DNA from: Paraspadella gotoi
Taxonomy: Eukaryota > Animalia > Chaetognatha
Assembly (NCBI GenBank): GCA_051294375.1
Contig: CM119263.1
Span: 22,532,833-22,596,832 of the forward strand
Length of the DNA stretch: 64,000 bases
Reading direction: 5' to 3'
Shown here: piece by piece, positions 1 to 13,659 of the stretch
Numbering within the stretch: position 1 is the first letter of the stretch
Layout: the number at the start of each line of letters is the position of its first letter
Made by a program: the position numbers and the translations under genes
Notes under the pieces: generated by a model
Told to the model about the DNA's origin: nothing
Databases searched by the model: none
Seen by the model: the letters and a program-made list of their open reading frames with translations, nothing else

Positions 1-1406
1 AAAAAAAAAACTATAAAAAATGGGTTACGAATCTCCCAAGACTAATTTAAAAAAGGTCTGACAGAATACAATTTTGTTGTTTATTTTGAAAAGGTCTAAA
101 GCCAAACAAACTCTCAGGAGATGAAGAGATTAAAAACAAGCGAACGGGTTTTTTTTGCCCTTATTCTTTCTTATGTGCGCTTCATTTTTACGTTCGTTTG
201 TATCGAGCAAGCGATGCCATTTTGTTACCGCGTCACCTTGACCGAAGCAAGGCGCCTCTTTCGAAGCTCTGATGTCCCATGTGGATTCATGTTTTTTACC
301 CGGTATCTTTGAAGCTAGATTATCGATTGTTTTTGAAAATGATATTTCAAAAATTTCTCTTGAATTGCAAAAAATGTAAATATTATTAGCCGGCCTAAAT
401 TTCATTCCTTTTTTTGAATCTTGATTTGAATTTGAATTCATTTAAAAAGTCATTGTAATTCCTGCGCGAATTCCCTCGATGTTATTACTGAATGAACTCG
501 CGAGTTCATTTTCACTTGAATCTCAAATTTTTTTCTTATTTTTACAATTTATTATTTAAAAAATGATAATGTTTGCAAACTTAAATTGTTAATATATATT
601 AACTTATCTCAACTATCTTTCTTTAATATCCCTCCACTTTTTTAGTACTTATTCTTAACCTGTCCTTTAACCTCTCGCACTGTCTTTTTCTTATTTTTTT
701 TGAAACCGTCTATCTCTCTCCCTCTTTTTACGTTTCACCACACGTAAACTTATACTTTTGTCAAAAATTTTCCCAAAATGATTTATTAATTTCTTTTGCG
801 CTAATGAAGACTTACATCTAAAGTTTAAAAATTTTTTCCCTTTTTAAAATAAAATTGTTTGCATAAAACAAAAACAAGGTCGGTAAACAATTCCAATGTT
901 TTGCGCCACAGTCGACTTTTTCCTTTTCATGTGTATTTCGCATATGATCTACATGATTAGAGCAATTTTTAAAAAAAGTTTTTTTATGGTTGATCACTAC
1001 TGGTGCAAAGTTTCATTACAAACCAAAAAGACATTCAAGAAATATACTGAGTTCGCGGGTTCCAGCCTACACTATATAATAAAAAAAAAGACTGACGAAA
1101 ATACAAATTCGTTTATGTGTTTCTCCGATACGTCCGAGTGACACTGGCACTAAACTGGGTTTAAAATCCAGACGCTTGTCTGAACCTGACCTGACCCTTT
1201 AAATGACCCGAGTTAATCCAACTGACGCCTTTTCGCTGCGCCCCCAAACTAATTCCTCGACCAACAAATTTTTGTGGCGCAGATCTAAAGATCAGCAAGC
1301 TTCGATTTCATCACGGAACGGAAAAGGCCCTGATTATTTAAGTACAAAAACTCTCTTTCCTCTCTCTCGTCTCTCTCTTTCCCCCCTCTCTCTCTCTCCT
1401 CTCTCT

Positions 1407-1445
<39 letters not shown>

Positions 1446-1529
1446 GTCTCTCTCTCTCCCTCCCTGATTCCAGAAACGACAGCAATNNNNNNNNNNNNNN
1501 NNNNNNNNNNNCTCCCTCCCTGATCCCAG

Positions 1530-1764
1530 AAACGGCAGCAATAAATCAAAAACCCGGGAAGCCTTCGAGAGGTCAGGTAAGAACGAATCCGGCAAGAACG
1601 CTAAAAGTGGCGTTTCGCCGACACATTTTCCGACACTTTCATCGCCGCGCGGGAGAGAAAAACAACCCGGCACCGCCAATCAGGGGAAAAAAAAAGCCTC
1701 GAGGGGGGAGGAGAGGGCGAGGAAAAAACCCCAGATGGGCCACCAGGCCACCTCGTTAAGAAAC
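1530..1764 (+). CDS. Candidate exon of an unidentified + strand gene (NGSNKSKTREAFERSGKNESGKNAKSGVSPTHFPTLSSPRGREKQPG...MGHQATSLRN)
   Basis: Follows a CT tract and ccag acceptor, open for 78 codons, ends at a consensus gtaagt donor; no recognisable homology. Confidence 0.35.
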
Positions 1765-2515
1765 GTAAGTTCACCTAACCACCCCGGTCCAACCCGCCCC
1801 CGGCGCCCCCCTCATTACCCTCGGTTTGACTGAGTGCGAGGTGGTTAGTTTCTTTTTAAAAAAGATTTATTGTAGTCGTTTCTCGTTTACTGTTCCTTTG
1901 GACAATATGTTAACCTTCCGAGGGAATTTCACTGTCGAATGCGGAGAACGTCCATGCTCTGACCGTATGGTTAATGCTTATAATACATTTAGTTTTGACT
2001 TTTGAGAAAATCAGAAAAACCGCCGTTTGTAAAATTAAGGTCCGGTTGAAAAGATGTAAGAAAGTTTGACATTGTTTGACTTTTCCTTTCTCTTATTATA
2101 TATTTCTTTTACGTATACTGAAACTGCTTTTTCAATTACTGCTTTTCCCAGGTGCTTTGTTTTAATATTGTGTTTTAATTCCCATGAAAATGACTTGAAA
2201 CAATGTATGAAATGTTTGTGTTCAATTGTTAATTTCGAAACGTTTTACTGGTAAGATTCAAGTAATTACAAAATTACAAAACGATACATTCAAACATGAA
2301 ATAAATTTAAAATAAAAGAGTTCCGTCTGTCTCTCTATCCGTCTTCATCCTTCAACGAAGATTCTCGAAAGTCGATCCCACTTTTCGACTTTTTCTTCCT
2401 CATCCATTATTTTTCTTTTTTCAGCTCAAATAAATTAATTTTCGTCTCGAATCTCAATAAATTATCGTCGACGAATTCATTCGTCGGAAACTCCCGTCGC
2501 TGGAGTTGAGGGTGA

Positions 2516-2586
2516 TGGCAGAGGGAGACGTGGCAGAGGAAGACGTGGCAGAGGGAGACGTGGCAGAGGGAGACGTGGCAGAGGGA
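2516..2586 (+). repeat. 15-bp minisatellite (TGGCAGAGGGAGACG) x ~4.7
   Basis: Direct inspection; one unit carries a G>A change. Confidence 0.9.
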
Positions 2587-2971
2587 TGTTGTTATGGGCC
2601 AAGTCGAAAATTGTTGGATCCCCTGAAACGGTGTTGAGTTTTCGGAAAGAACCAGAAAACACTCGACAACGATCGACCGACGAGACTCTCTCGATGGATT
2701 CCTATTATTCATTAAGAATAAGATAATTTATTTCTTTCTCTCCCCCAAAGCTAAATGCTTCCGGTTAAAATTATCAGGTTAAGTCCACCAAATGTTTTGA
2801 CGATAACAACAACGACAAAAGCATCAACGACAACAACAACGACACAGCCTCCGATGCTGAATGTTCTTCGGTCATAAAGTCGCGCGGGAAATGGATCCTT
2901 TATATTTTATGGATAAAAAACGCGACACAAAAACGGAAATTGATTTCGGGTGAGGAGTTTATAGCGATTTG

Positions 2972-3044
<73 letters not shown>

Positions 3045-5368
3045 TTCCGCCGCGTTAAAAACGATTTTTCTTCGAATTCTGTCGCTTTTGAAATAAAAAA
3101 AAAAAAAAAAGATTTTTTTTTTACATCAAAAAACTTTCATTTGAAACTAAAATTTCACTGCTTCAGATTAGAAAGACTGATAAAATCATTCTTTTATTAT
3201 AAAGGCGAACATAGCCTATATATAGCGAATGTAGCGCATTAAATTAATGATTAATTACGCCTGTTCAACATGTAGTATTTACCCTATCAACGACTCATCC
3301 CGCATATTCTGCAGTACCCAGTATCTTCGCCTCCAGGACCAACAAACAGAGACAAAGAACAACATACAATTCCGTCCGATGGAGGCGCTCGAAGCGTCAA
3401 CATCGGAGCGGAAACCGAACGAAAGGGGGCGGAAGAGCAGCCGGGGGGGGAACTTTAATTTATTCGATTTGCCTCGATAAATGAACTTTGCCTCCGAAGC
3501 AATGATGCAGAAGGATGGTCTGTCGGTCAATTTCGGTCGTACAATTGTTATTTGACGGTATTCCATTATTATTTCTCTTTCCCCGTCTTTCNNNNNNNNN
3601 NCTCTTTTTCCCCTCTTTCTATATCATCTCTTTCTCTTTACTTACATCGATTTAATTCCACTTCTGCTGTTGACTCTGTTAATGGACACTTTCTCTTGAA
3701 TACTCCCCTCTCCCTGGCGAGATCCCATGTGTTCCTCTCTCTCTCTCTCTCTCTCTNNNNNNNNNNNNNNNNNNNNNNNNNNNNNNNNNNNNNNNNNNNN
3801 NNNNNNNNNNNNNNNNNNNNNNNNNNNNNNNNNNNNNNNNNNNNNNNNNNNNNNNNNNNNNNNNNNNNNNNNNNNNNNNNNNNNNNNNNNNNNNNNNNNN
3901 NNNNNNNNNNNNNNNNNNNNNNNNNNNNNNNNNNNNNNNNNNNNNNNNNNNNNNNNNNNNNNNNNNNNNNNNNNNNNNNNNNNNNNNNNNNNNNNNNNNN
4001 NNNNNNNNNNNNNNNNNNNNNNNNNNNNNNNNNNNNNNNNNNNNNNNNNNNNNNNNNNNNNNNNNNNNNNNNNAGTGAAAGTGGAGATTTTTTTTCCGTA
4101 TTTTTCGGTGAGGAGGAGGAAATGGCCATTTATTGATCGTGTTTTATGCTTGTTGTAGTTNNNNNNNNNNNNNNNNNNNNNNNNNNNNNNNNNNNNNNNN
4201 NNNNNNNNNNNNNNNNNNNNNNNNNNNNNNNNNNNNNNNNNNNNNNNNNNNNNNNNNNNNNNNNNNNNNNNNNNNNNNNNNNNNNNNNNNNNNNNNNNNN
4301 NNNNNNNNNNNNNNNNNNNNNNNNNNNNNNNNNNNNNNNNNNNNNNNNNNNNNNNNNNNNNNNNNNNNNNNNNNNNNNNNTTTCTAAATGTTCCATCTTC
4401 CATGTTCCCTCTCCATTCAACCCTATTCGTTCCGTTCGTCCCAATGACTTTGACTTCTTTCTTTTTTCTTTTTTCTTTTCTCTGCGTCTTTCGATTCACG
4501 AATTCTCACATTTTTGACTCCGTAATCGGATTTTTTTATCACGATGTTTCCGCCACTCGCTCTCGCTAGCCCTGCAGTGCCGCCCTGCATTTGGGGTCCT
4601 CTCTACGTCTCCGTGCTCGTGCTCTCTTCTCTTCCTCGCGCCCTGTCCCCGGCCGCCTCTGAAATCTGCCCTCCTCTCACGCCCGCCGCGTCCGCCGGCC
4701 GGCCTGCCCTCCGTAGTAACACCGTCCGCCGGCGCCCGTTGCATCGTCGGGAGTTTAGAACCTCTGTAATATAACACTAATCTGCAGGAGGTGTGGGGAA
4801 CCCGTAATTGAAAGCACCACGATCATATTCGAATACTACCGCCTGTAGTTTCAACGAGCAGTTGGTTCATTGTTCCACGACGAAGGGAGCGCCGCGCGAA
4901 AACGCCGTCCGTTCTTCTCGGTCTGACGGGCTCGACAGAAAGAAAAGTGTTCCTAAGTGAATAAATCTCGAGAAGACGCATTATTACAGCAGGGCTCTCG
5001 CGGTCTCTCTCATCTCTCTTTTACTACTGCTAACGCAATACACCTAAGCAGCTTCAGTTACACTAGAGAATGAAAAGACCGACTCTCATGCCTAAATTTA
5101 GCCGTACGTGCTACAATCGTCGAGTTCGATTCTCCTATCATCACAATGAATTTCATTCTGAGTCGCTTATATCATCTCTCTATATTGTCTGGTGAGTCTG
5201 CGGCAGCTTAAAGGACGCAATATGTTCACTTCCTTATCGAATGTGCGGATTCGGCTTGCGTTGAGAGTTATATACAGATGAGAGAGAAAAAGATTTGATA
5301 TCATTTGCAGATATAAAAAAAAACTTTCTACTTGTTGACAACATTGAAAGAGTCGTTTCGACGGAATC

Positions 5369-7385
5369 GCTTCAGATTAGAAAAGACTGATAAAATCATT
5401 TCTTTAATTATCAAGGCGAAACATAGCATTTGTACAGCGAAAGTGGTTTTTCAATTGATTATACGCCTGTTCACTGAGTAGGTTTTTACTTCAACCGACA
5501 CTCGTAGCTCGGGATATTCATGACAGTGACCGACGGAGTAACTTCGCCTCCAGGACCAACAAACAGAGACAAGACAACATACAATTCCGTCCGATTTGGA
5601 GACGCTCGAGCGTCAACATCGGAAGCGACTAGCGAGGGGGCGGAAGAGCAGCACTCTGGGGGGGGTTTATTATGTTTGCCCTCGCTGGGGACTTGCCTCC
5701 GAAAGCAATGAATGAGAAGGGATGGTCTGTCGGGTCAATTTCGGTCGTTCAATGTGTATTGACGGTATTCCATTATTAATTTCTCTTTCCCCTGTCTTTC
5801 TCATTTGTCAATCTGTTTTAATTTTCGCTCCAACTCGGGGGCCCCCCCCCCCCAAAAATAAACTTTGTATATTGTTCAGCTTATCTTCAAGGGAAAACGC
5901 TTAGGTCCGGTAATACGGTTTGTTCTCCATTAGATTTATTCCTCCTCCCTCTCCTCTCTCCTCCTCTCTCTCTCTCGCTCTCATTTCTCTCTCTCTCTCT
6001 CTCCGCTCGGTCGCTTTCTGCTCTCTCTCTCCTTCGCTCGTCTTTCTCTCTCTCTTTCTCTCGCCTTTTTTCCCGTCTATGAAAAAGTCAAAAAAATTAT
6101 ATTATTCCAAGCAATGTTTCTCATGAGGCAAAAGGCGTTGTTAAAATATTACATGGATGTCAGTTGTTTTTCGGTCATCTTTTTTTCAAACTCGATTGTA
6201 AAAGTAATTTTGTATATCAGCAGAATGTCGAATGAAGAAAAAATAGGAGACAAGACTTGGTATTCTGCTCCTGGAGAGATTGAAAAATTTTAAAATCGAA
6301 AAAACATTCCGTATTTTATAAATGAGTTTTAACATAATGAAAAAGTTGAATGGCAATTGCCATCGTTACTAGATCAGCTGGATTTTGATGGCAAGAACGA
6401 AAAGATAGTTAGGGACGGGGTGCGAGTGCCAGCGCACTATGATAGTGGGTACACTTGGAAGTTCAGATTGAACTGGTAGCATCAAGAACTTAGAAAAACA
6501 GAAGGAAGTCCTGGAGAGATCTCATCGCGGGCGATTAGAATCGTCAACAGATTCGGTCATGTCGACCTATTCTCTTTAAAACAAAATATTTTCTTGTACC
6601 TTTCTCTTTTTCGCCCTCTTTCTATATCATTCTCTTTCTCTTTACTTACATCGATTTAATTCGCACTTCTGCCCTGTTGACTGTCTGTTAATGGACACTT
6701 TTCTCTTGAATACTCCCTCTCCCTGGGCGAGATCCGCATGTGTTCCTCTCTCTCTCATCTTTCCTTCCTCTCTCGTTCTCTCTCTCTCTCTCATCTCGTC
6801 TCTCTCGTCTTTTGTCCTTTCCCTGAAAAAAAAACAGAAGGGAAAAAGTAAGAGAAAGGGGTAGAAGTTTGGCCGGAGCACGAATAGATGGGTTCAGTAT
6901 TTCGCTTTGGTTTTGTTTTGTTGTCTTGGTTTTGAACGGTGAGGGAGAAGAAACAGAACGAGAGTGAAAAGTGGAGATTTTGTGTTTCCCAGTATATGTT
7001 GGTTTCGGTGAGGATGGAGGATAATGGGCCATGCGTTGTTATTGATCGTGTTCTTAATTAGATGACTTACGTTTGTAGTTGTAGGGTTTCTTCTTTGAAT
7101 GCTCTCCCTCCGGGAATACTCGTTCTCATCTCGGTCTTCGGGCTCTCTCTCTCTCCCCTCTCACGATCGCTCTCTCTCTCTCGTCATTTCTAAATGTTCG
7201 CATCCTTCATGTTCGCCTCTGCCATTCAACCCTATTTGTTTGCGTTCCGTTCGTCGCCAATGACTTTGACTTCTTATCTTTTTTCCCTTTTTCCTTTTCT
7301 CTTGCGTCTTTCCGATTCACGGGAATTCCTGCATACATTTTTTTGACGTGGCCGTAATCGGATTTTGTTATTATCACGATGTTTC
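5369..7385 (+). repeat. Indel-rich direct duplicate of 3160-4550, including sequence that is N-masked in the first copy
   Basis: Shared anchors such as cttcagattagaaa, ctccaggaccaacaaacagagac and agtgaaaagtggagatttt; 25-N gap at 7516-7540. Confidence 0.8.
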
Positions 7386-10300
7386 CGGGCGGCAAGAACT
7401 TTGTCTCGTAGCAGGAATTGCCTATAATATGGATGGCACGCATTTCGTGCTTTGTGTAATCCGAAAAAGGGTATACTTGGTTCGTATAGATAATATAGAT
7501 TTGGCTCTTCGACGCNNNNNNNNNNNNNNNNNNNNNNNNNACGCCAATGGATCATGCTTTTTAAACAACGAGGGTGAAAATAAAAAACAAGTAATGAGTA
7601 AACGATTTATTTTCACATGGAAACGCCAATAAACGCCAATAAAACTCAGGTTGAGGTGACGCGTAAGCACTTAGAGAAAGTCAAAAACAGACTCTGGAGT
7701 CCTAAAGCGTATTGACTTATGAAAACAAGCTCAATAATTAAGACGTTGAGAGAGCGGGACGGGAAGGTAATGAGCGTGTTTTATGCTTGTTGTAGTTGTA
7801 GCGGGACGGGAAGGTAGTGAGCGTCTCGTTTTAAAGTTTCGATCGAATTCAAAACTTCCAAGAATGTTCGGTACCAGTAATGCGATAAGGTTTTTTAGTT
7901 TTTTTTTTCTTTTTTTCTTTTTGGTCGATGAAGGTCAAAAAAAAAAAAAAAAACCTTTGTATCGGGGGGGCGCCGGAAGGGAATAATACGAGCGAAGGAG
8001 ACGAAGAATGAGGAAAAAAATATGATTTGTCGGTTTGGGATTTTTGAAGGGAGGTGACTCCCGCGACCTGGATTTGGAAATTTATATTTGGGTTGGAAGT
8101 ATTTTGGTTTTTTGGTCGGAGAGAAAGAGGGAGGAAGGAAGGAGAAGAAGAGAGAGAGAGAGGGGAGAGAAGAAAACAAGAAAGGGAAGAAAAAGGGAAG
8201 GAGGAAGAGGGAGAGGGAGAGAGAAGAGAGAGTGAGAACTTTCTTGAGAGCCTAGAGTTGACGCAGAAGAGAGAGAATGAGAAGATTTCACAGGAGATAA
8301 GGAGCTCGATAAGAATATTAGGGATAGATTTGGTTGCTAGTAGTTGCGTAATTTATATTTTGCAATGTTTAACATGTTTTTGATTTTTATTATCCTTTTA
8401 GATTAATATTTTGATTTTGACCTTTTTAAATCACCTCTTCTGTCAATTCGTGCATATATGTACCACCTTGTACCCTGCCACAGAATATTATTATTAAAAC
8501 GAGAATGCGGCGTTTTATTAGCATTTTTAAACAAGAGGATTTAACACCAAGATCAATATTTTTATGTATACGCAATTATTTTCCTTGCTTTTTAACCTTG
8601 CTATGTCCTCACTTTCTTGGTTCTATTTATTCCAGTTCTTCTTCCGTGACTAGAAAAAAGAACCAAAAGCAAAACCATCGTGATTTGTCGCTCGTAATTT
8701 CGCGTAACCAAAATAGAATTTCAAACGCTTTGCTAAAGTTTAGTTCCCTTTTATCCTGCAATTATCGGGTTAACGCTCTGGCTCCCATGTTTTCCCAGAG
8801 GGCGGGAGTGGGGTTGAGATTTAAGGAATCGAAAAAAAGGTGGGGAGAGATTCGCGCCCAACCCCGAAGGCCCTCACGCCTCGCCGACCTTGGCGAAGTT
8901 CACGGGAGGCGAGGTGAAGAGGTTACGAGTTCGCGAGTTCACGAATTTCCAACACCTCTCCATCTTATTTTTCCTCTTCCTCTTCCACTCCCACCCTTCC
9001 GTCTCACCCACTGCCGGAACGCGGTGAAAATCGGCGAAAAAAATCGATTTGCGACGAGGTAAGGAGAAGGAGGGAAGGTGAGTGCGCGAATCGAAGGTGG
9101 GGGCGGGTGAGGAGCGGGTGATAATTAGGAGCAGTTGGTGTAAGTGGATTTCTTGCACTCATTTCTCGAGGGCGTAGATTTGGCCGCTAGTAAGAGAGGC
9201 TTTCTGGCCGACAGATAAGGTTGGCAGAGTCCTTGAAGTAAGGTTCTTTGAAAAGAGAGGTGAGAAGCGGAATTGAGAATTGGAAAAGTAGGTGAGAAGC
9301 GGACGAGAAATCTCCAGGCTGAGAAAGGGTGGGGAAGCGGAGCAGAGGAAGAGACTGGGCGGAAAGCAGTATCCCGTGCGCCTTGGCCCCATCATGACGC
9401 TGATGAATGACGATGGTCGGCGGCGGCACGTCGCATGTTCCAGGCAATACTTTAAACCGGTCGTCCGAGAGCCTATTAGCCTTAACGGATTTCATGAGGT
9501 AAACACGGAATAAAGCCTAAACGGGTGAGGTAGGGTTACCGTACTCTCCTCTTNNNNNNNNNNNNNNNNNNNNNNNNNNNNNNNNNNNNNNNNNNNNNNN
9601 NNNNNNNNNNNNNNNTAACTGAAAACTGAGGTTTGATGAAATAAAAAGATTTAGAAACGTTGTAACCGAAACTCATTTTGGTAAGATTTGTAGTTTCAAT
9701 TTTTTTTTGGTCTTTGCTTATTTTGAGGAAAATAATGACAATTTAGAATAATTTTAAACAAATTTATAGAGAAAATCACGATATGTTTCGGCAGAAGCCT
9801 TAAAATATCGTGTGTTTTTTTTTTTTCAATAAAATTAGTTTAATTTTAATTTCATCAAAGAGAATCAAGATCTTCTTTCCGACAGACACTTCAAAAGTCA
9901 AGAGACAAATACTGAAATAANNNNNNNNNNNNNNNNNNNNNNNNNNNNNNNNNNNNNNNNNNNNNNNNNNNNNNNNNNNNNNNNNNNNNNNNNNNNNNNN
10001 NNNNNNNNNNNNNNNNNNNNNNNNNNNNNNNNNNNNNNNNNNNNNNNNNNNNNNNNNNNNNNNNNNNNNNNNNNNNNNNNNNNNNNNNNNNNNNNNNNNN
10101 NNNNNNNNNNNNNNNNNNNNNNNNNNNNNNNNNNNNNNNNNNNNNNNNNNNNNNNNNNNNNNNNNNNNNNNNNNNNNNNNNNNNNNNNNNNNNNNNNNNN
10201 NNNNNNNNNNNNNNNNNNNNNNNNNNNNNNNNNNNNNNNNNNNNNNNNNNNNNNNNNNNNNNNNNNNNNNNNNNNNNNNNNNNNNNNNNNNNNNNNNNNN

Positions 10301-10505
10301 NNNNNNNNNNNNNNNNNNNNNNNNNNNNNNNNNNNNNNNNNNNNNNNNNNNNNNNNNNNNNNNNNNNNNNNNNNNNNNNNNNNNNNNNNNNNNNNNNNNN
10401 NNNNNNNNNNNNNNNNNNNNNNNTACACTCATTGAAATGAAAATTAAAAAAATCGCTAGAATGTACAACCAAGAAGGAAAAGAAAGAGAGGAAGAAAATA
10501 GATAT

Positions 10506-11659
10506 TAGGGTAGGTCATACAAGGCTCACATTGGAATTTCTTTAGTGTACTCCGGATTCTCATTGCTCATTGTCTCCTTAAACGGTAAAATTGCTTATTC
10601 TGTAAATCTTTGTTAGAGAAAAAAAAATTAGTTTGGCTTTTAATTTATGATTTATTTAGTTTTAAATTATTATTATATTAAAAATTAACAAAAAAATATT
10701 TAAAAACTAAAAAATAAATCTGCAGGACTTGCAGCTGGGTATTAGATGTTTTGATTTTTTTCATGCTTTGAGTTTAGATTAACATATAAGTTGTTATTTA
10801 AGAGTATTACTTAAAATATTTTTTAATATTTATGGACCACTAATGATATAAATTATATAACATATTTTATTACTATTTTAACCTAATTTTTTTAAAAATG
10901 GCTAGTTCCNNNNNNNNNNNNNNNNNNNNNNNNNNNNNNNNNNNNNNNNNNNNNNNNNNNNNNNNNNNNNNNNNNNNNNNNNNNNNNNNNNNNNNNNNNN
11001 NNNNNNNNNNNNNNNNNNNNNNNNNNNNNNNNNNNNNNNNNNNNNNNNNNNNNNNNNNNNNNNNNNNNNNNNNNNNNNNNNNNNNNNNNNNNNNNNACAA
11101 AAGTGTAATATAAAATGTATTTAAAAAATTACAGCTAAATAAGCAACAGATATTCCTAGAAAATTAGAAAACAGTTATGTCCACTTCAACATCCACCATT
11201 TTCCTAAAACTGGTAAGGTTTGTGACAGTTTGTGGGGCAGCTGCTGACATAATACTTATGTATAGGATTTTGTATATTTAATTCTTGAAAATAAAAAGAC
11301 AATGACAGTTGATAAAAATAAACTTAATCGCTGGTTTTGTCCGACAAAGAATTCGTGCATCAAAAACGATTATTTTCTAAGAATTGATGGATCAAACTGA
11401 TTGTTGAGAAAGGTTTTGGTTGAATTTTTCACTTCCAACTTTCTCACTTTCACTTTAAAAGTGGTGGTTAAAAATCAGCGGTATAGCAAGTATGTCAGAA
11501 TAATTGACAAATTTATGCTCTCCCGATTTGGAAAATGGGCAGGTCTAGATGAAAGAGCATGAGCCTAAAATTTTTTTCTTAGTTTAAGGAGATAAGGAAC
11601 AACAAGAATCCCGAGTACAGTAAATAAATTCAAAAATGACAAATGTATGACCTACCCTA
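10506..11659. mobile_element. Non-autonomous hAT-superfamily DNA transposon (MITE-like)
   Basis: Perfect 16-bp TIRs TAGGGTAGGTCATACA (10506-10521) and TGTATGACCTACCCTA (11644-11659); 8-bp TSD ATAGATAT at 10498-10505 and 11660-11667. Confidence 0.85.
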
Positions 11660-12484
11660 ATAGATATACGTACATATGTGAAAACAAACTTTCAACAAAA
11701 GTTTAACGTTTTAAAAATCACTACTTCCTTATGCTATGTAATAGAAAAGAAAAAGGAAAAAGTAAAAAGTAAAAAGAAAAGATTAAGGAGGAACGTGTAA
11801 AAATAAAAAAAAGGAATAGGAAAATAGATAAAGAATTTAAGGAGAGAGGAAATGAAAAGAAGGAAGGACAAGAATGGACGTCACGTCTCTGGTCGTCGAA
11901 CAAAAGACACAAATAGAATTGGAGTAGACGAGAGATGGGGAATGAGGAACTGATAGAGATGGAGAGAAGAGAAGTGAAAAGAAAGGAGAAAGAGTTAGAG
12001 ATAGATAGAAGGGGAGAGAATTTAAACATGGAAGAGAAGATAAAAGAAAGGAGAAGAAGAGAGAGAGAAGGAGGAACGATTACCGACGGAGAGAAGAAAG
12101 TACAGATGGAGATGAATATATATATAAAGTTATATATATAATTACTTATATAGCCTTGCTTAAAGGACAAGCATCGTAGGTCATATTAACAAGTAGTTAA
12201 AAATGGAAACAAAATGGAGAAATGGAAAAATTTTGGAAGAAAGAAAGAATGTCAGTTCAGAGAGTTAATAACAGACCGTCACAAAAGCTTTTTCGTGGAT
12301 AAACTGAGTCAGCTGTTTTCATAGACACAACGCTGAGAAGACAGTATCAAAAAGTCAGAGAGAGTCAGCCGTTCCTAGGAGGACAGAATCAAAAATATAG
12401 ACGATCGACGGATGGATAAATATGAGGTTTGAATTCTGACAACAAAAAACGGAAGGAAAAGAAGCGATAATATAATGAAAATAA

Positions 12485-12599
12485 AATAGGATAAGGGAAA
12501 GAAAGGTTAGGACGGAAAAAAAATAGGATAAGGGAAAGAGAGGTTAGGACGAAAAAAAATAGGATAAGGGAAAGAGAGGTGAGGACGAAAAAAAAATAG
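12485..12599 (+). repeat. ~37-bp minisatellite x3 (aataggataagggaaagagaggttaggacgaaaaaaa)
   Basis: Direct inspection. Confidence 0.85.
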
Positions 12600-13581
12600 A
12601 AGAGAAAGAAAAAAAAGGTTGAAGAGCAAAGCAAACGCCGATAGCGGCACTCTAAAATTTAGTGGACCTTTAAAACTGCATTGTCTTCAAAATGGGGAAA
12701 AAATGCTTTTTCAATCAAAAATCATTCCCTCGCGCTCTCTCCTTCTCTCTCTCTCTCTCTTCTCTCTCTCTCTTCTTTCTCTCTGCTCTCTTCTCTCTTC
12801 TCTCTCCTCGTTTTCCCCCGCCCATTTAACATTTTTCTAACCGAATATTTTTTATTCCCTTTCACAACTAAACGTGAATCCGAATGCTTAGGATTCACTC
12901 TGGTGTCGGAAATCGTTTCACAGACGTTCGATTCGAAGAGAGAGGTAGGAGGAGGGGGGGGCATGAGGTGGGGGGATAGTGTAGGTAGAGGGGGGTGGGG
13001 ACTCTTAGAATGTTCCAGCTGAGCTCGGGGAGGAATTAAAAACTAGAGAAAAATTAGAAGAAGGGAATTTTAACATAGAGAGTTTTTATTGTTGGATCAT
13101 TTTATTCGTATCAACATTTTACTATCTCGTATCATTTTTTCCTGTCATAGCGTTTAAGTTCCCGACGAAAAGCTTTAAGAGACGGCTGAGGTCCCAAATA
13201 CAGAGATTGCCGCGCCTCTAGCGGCCGTGATTCTTAAAGACACTTCCGTCTCACGGCACGAGGTGTTGAAAGACTTATCCGTCTTTTCCTTTTCTTTTGA
13301 TTTCCTTTTCGTAAAAATCTAAAAATATCTCAGTTGTCATCCCGACGAGATTAAAGTTTTATTACTCTGAATTAGGGATCGTCGTCGTTGTTGTCGTTGT
13401 CGCCCTTGTCGTCTTTATAGATGATTTTTATTTCAGAGTCTGTTAAAGAGATAGGATGTCGGGTTGATGTGAAATATTAGCTGCGTTGTTGAAAGAAAGA
13501 AAGAACTCTTTTTAAGTACATTCTGTGCTTGATAAAAAAGTGAACAAAATATTTTGTTTGGGTTATTTGTGGAGGCCCACG

Positions 13582-13659
<78 letters not shown>

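Noticed and set aside
1450-1545. Short direct repeat flanking an N run
   Set aside because: Overlapping contig ends around a 25-N gap (1487-1511); an assembly artefact
8860-9540. GC-richer island with several 70-100 aa ORFs
   Set aside because: No recognisable domain, splice pattern or transposon termini
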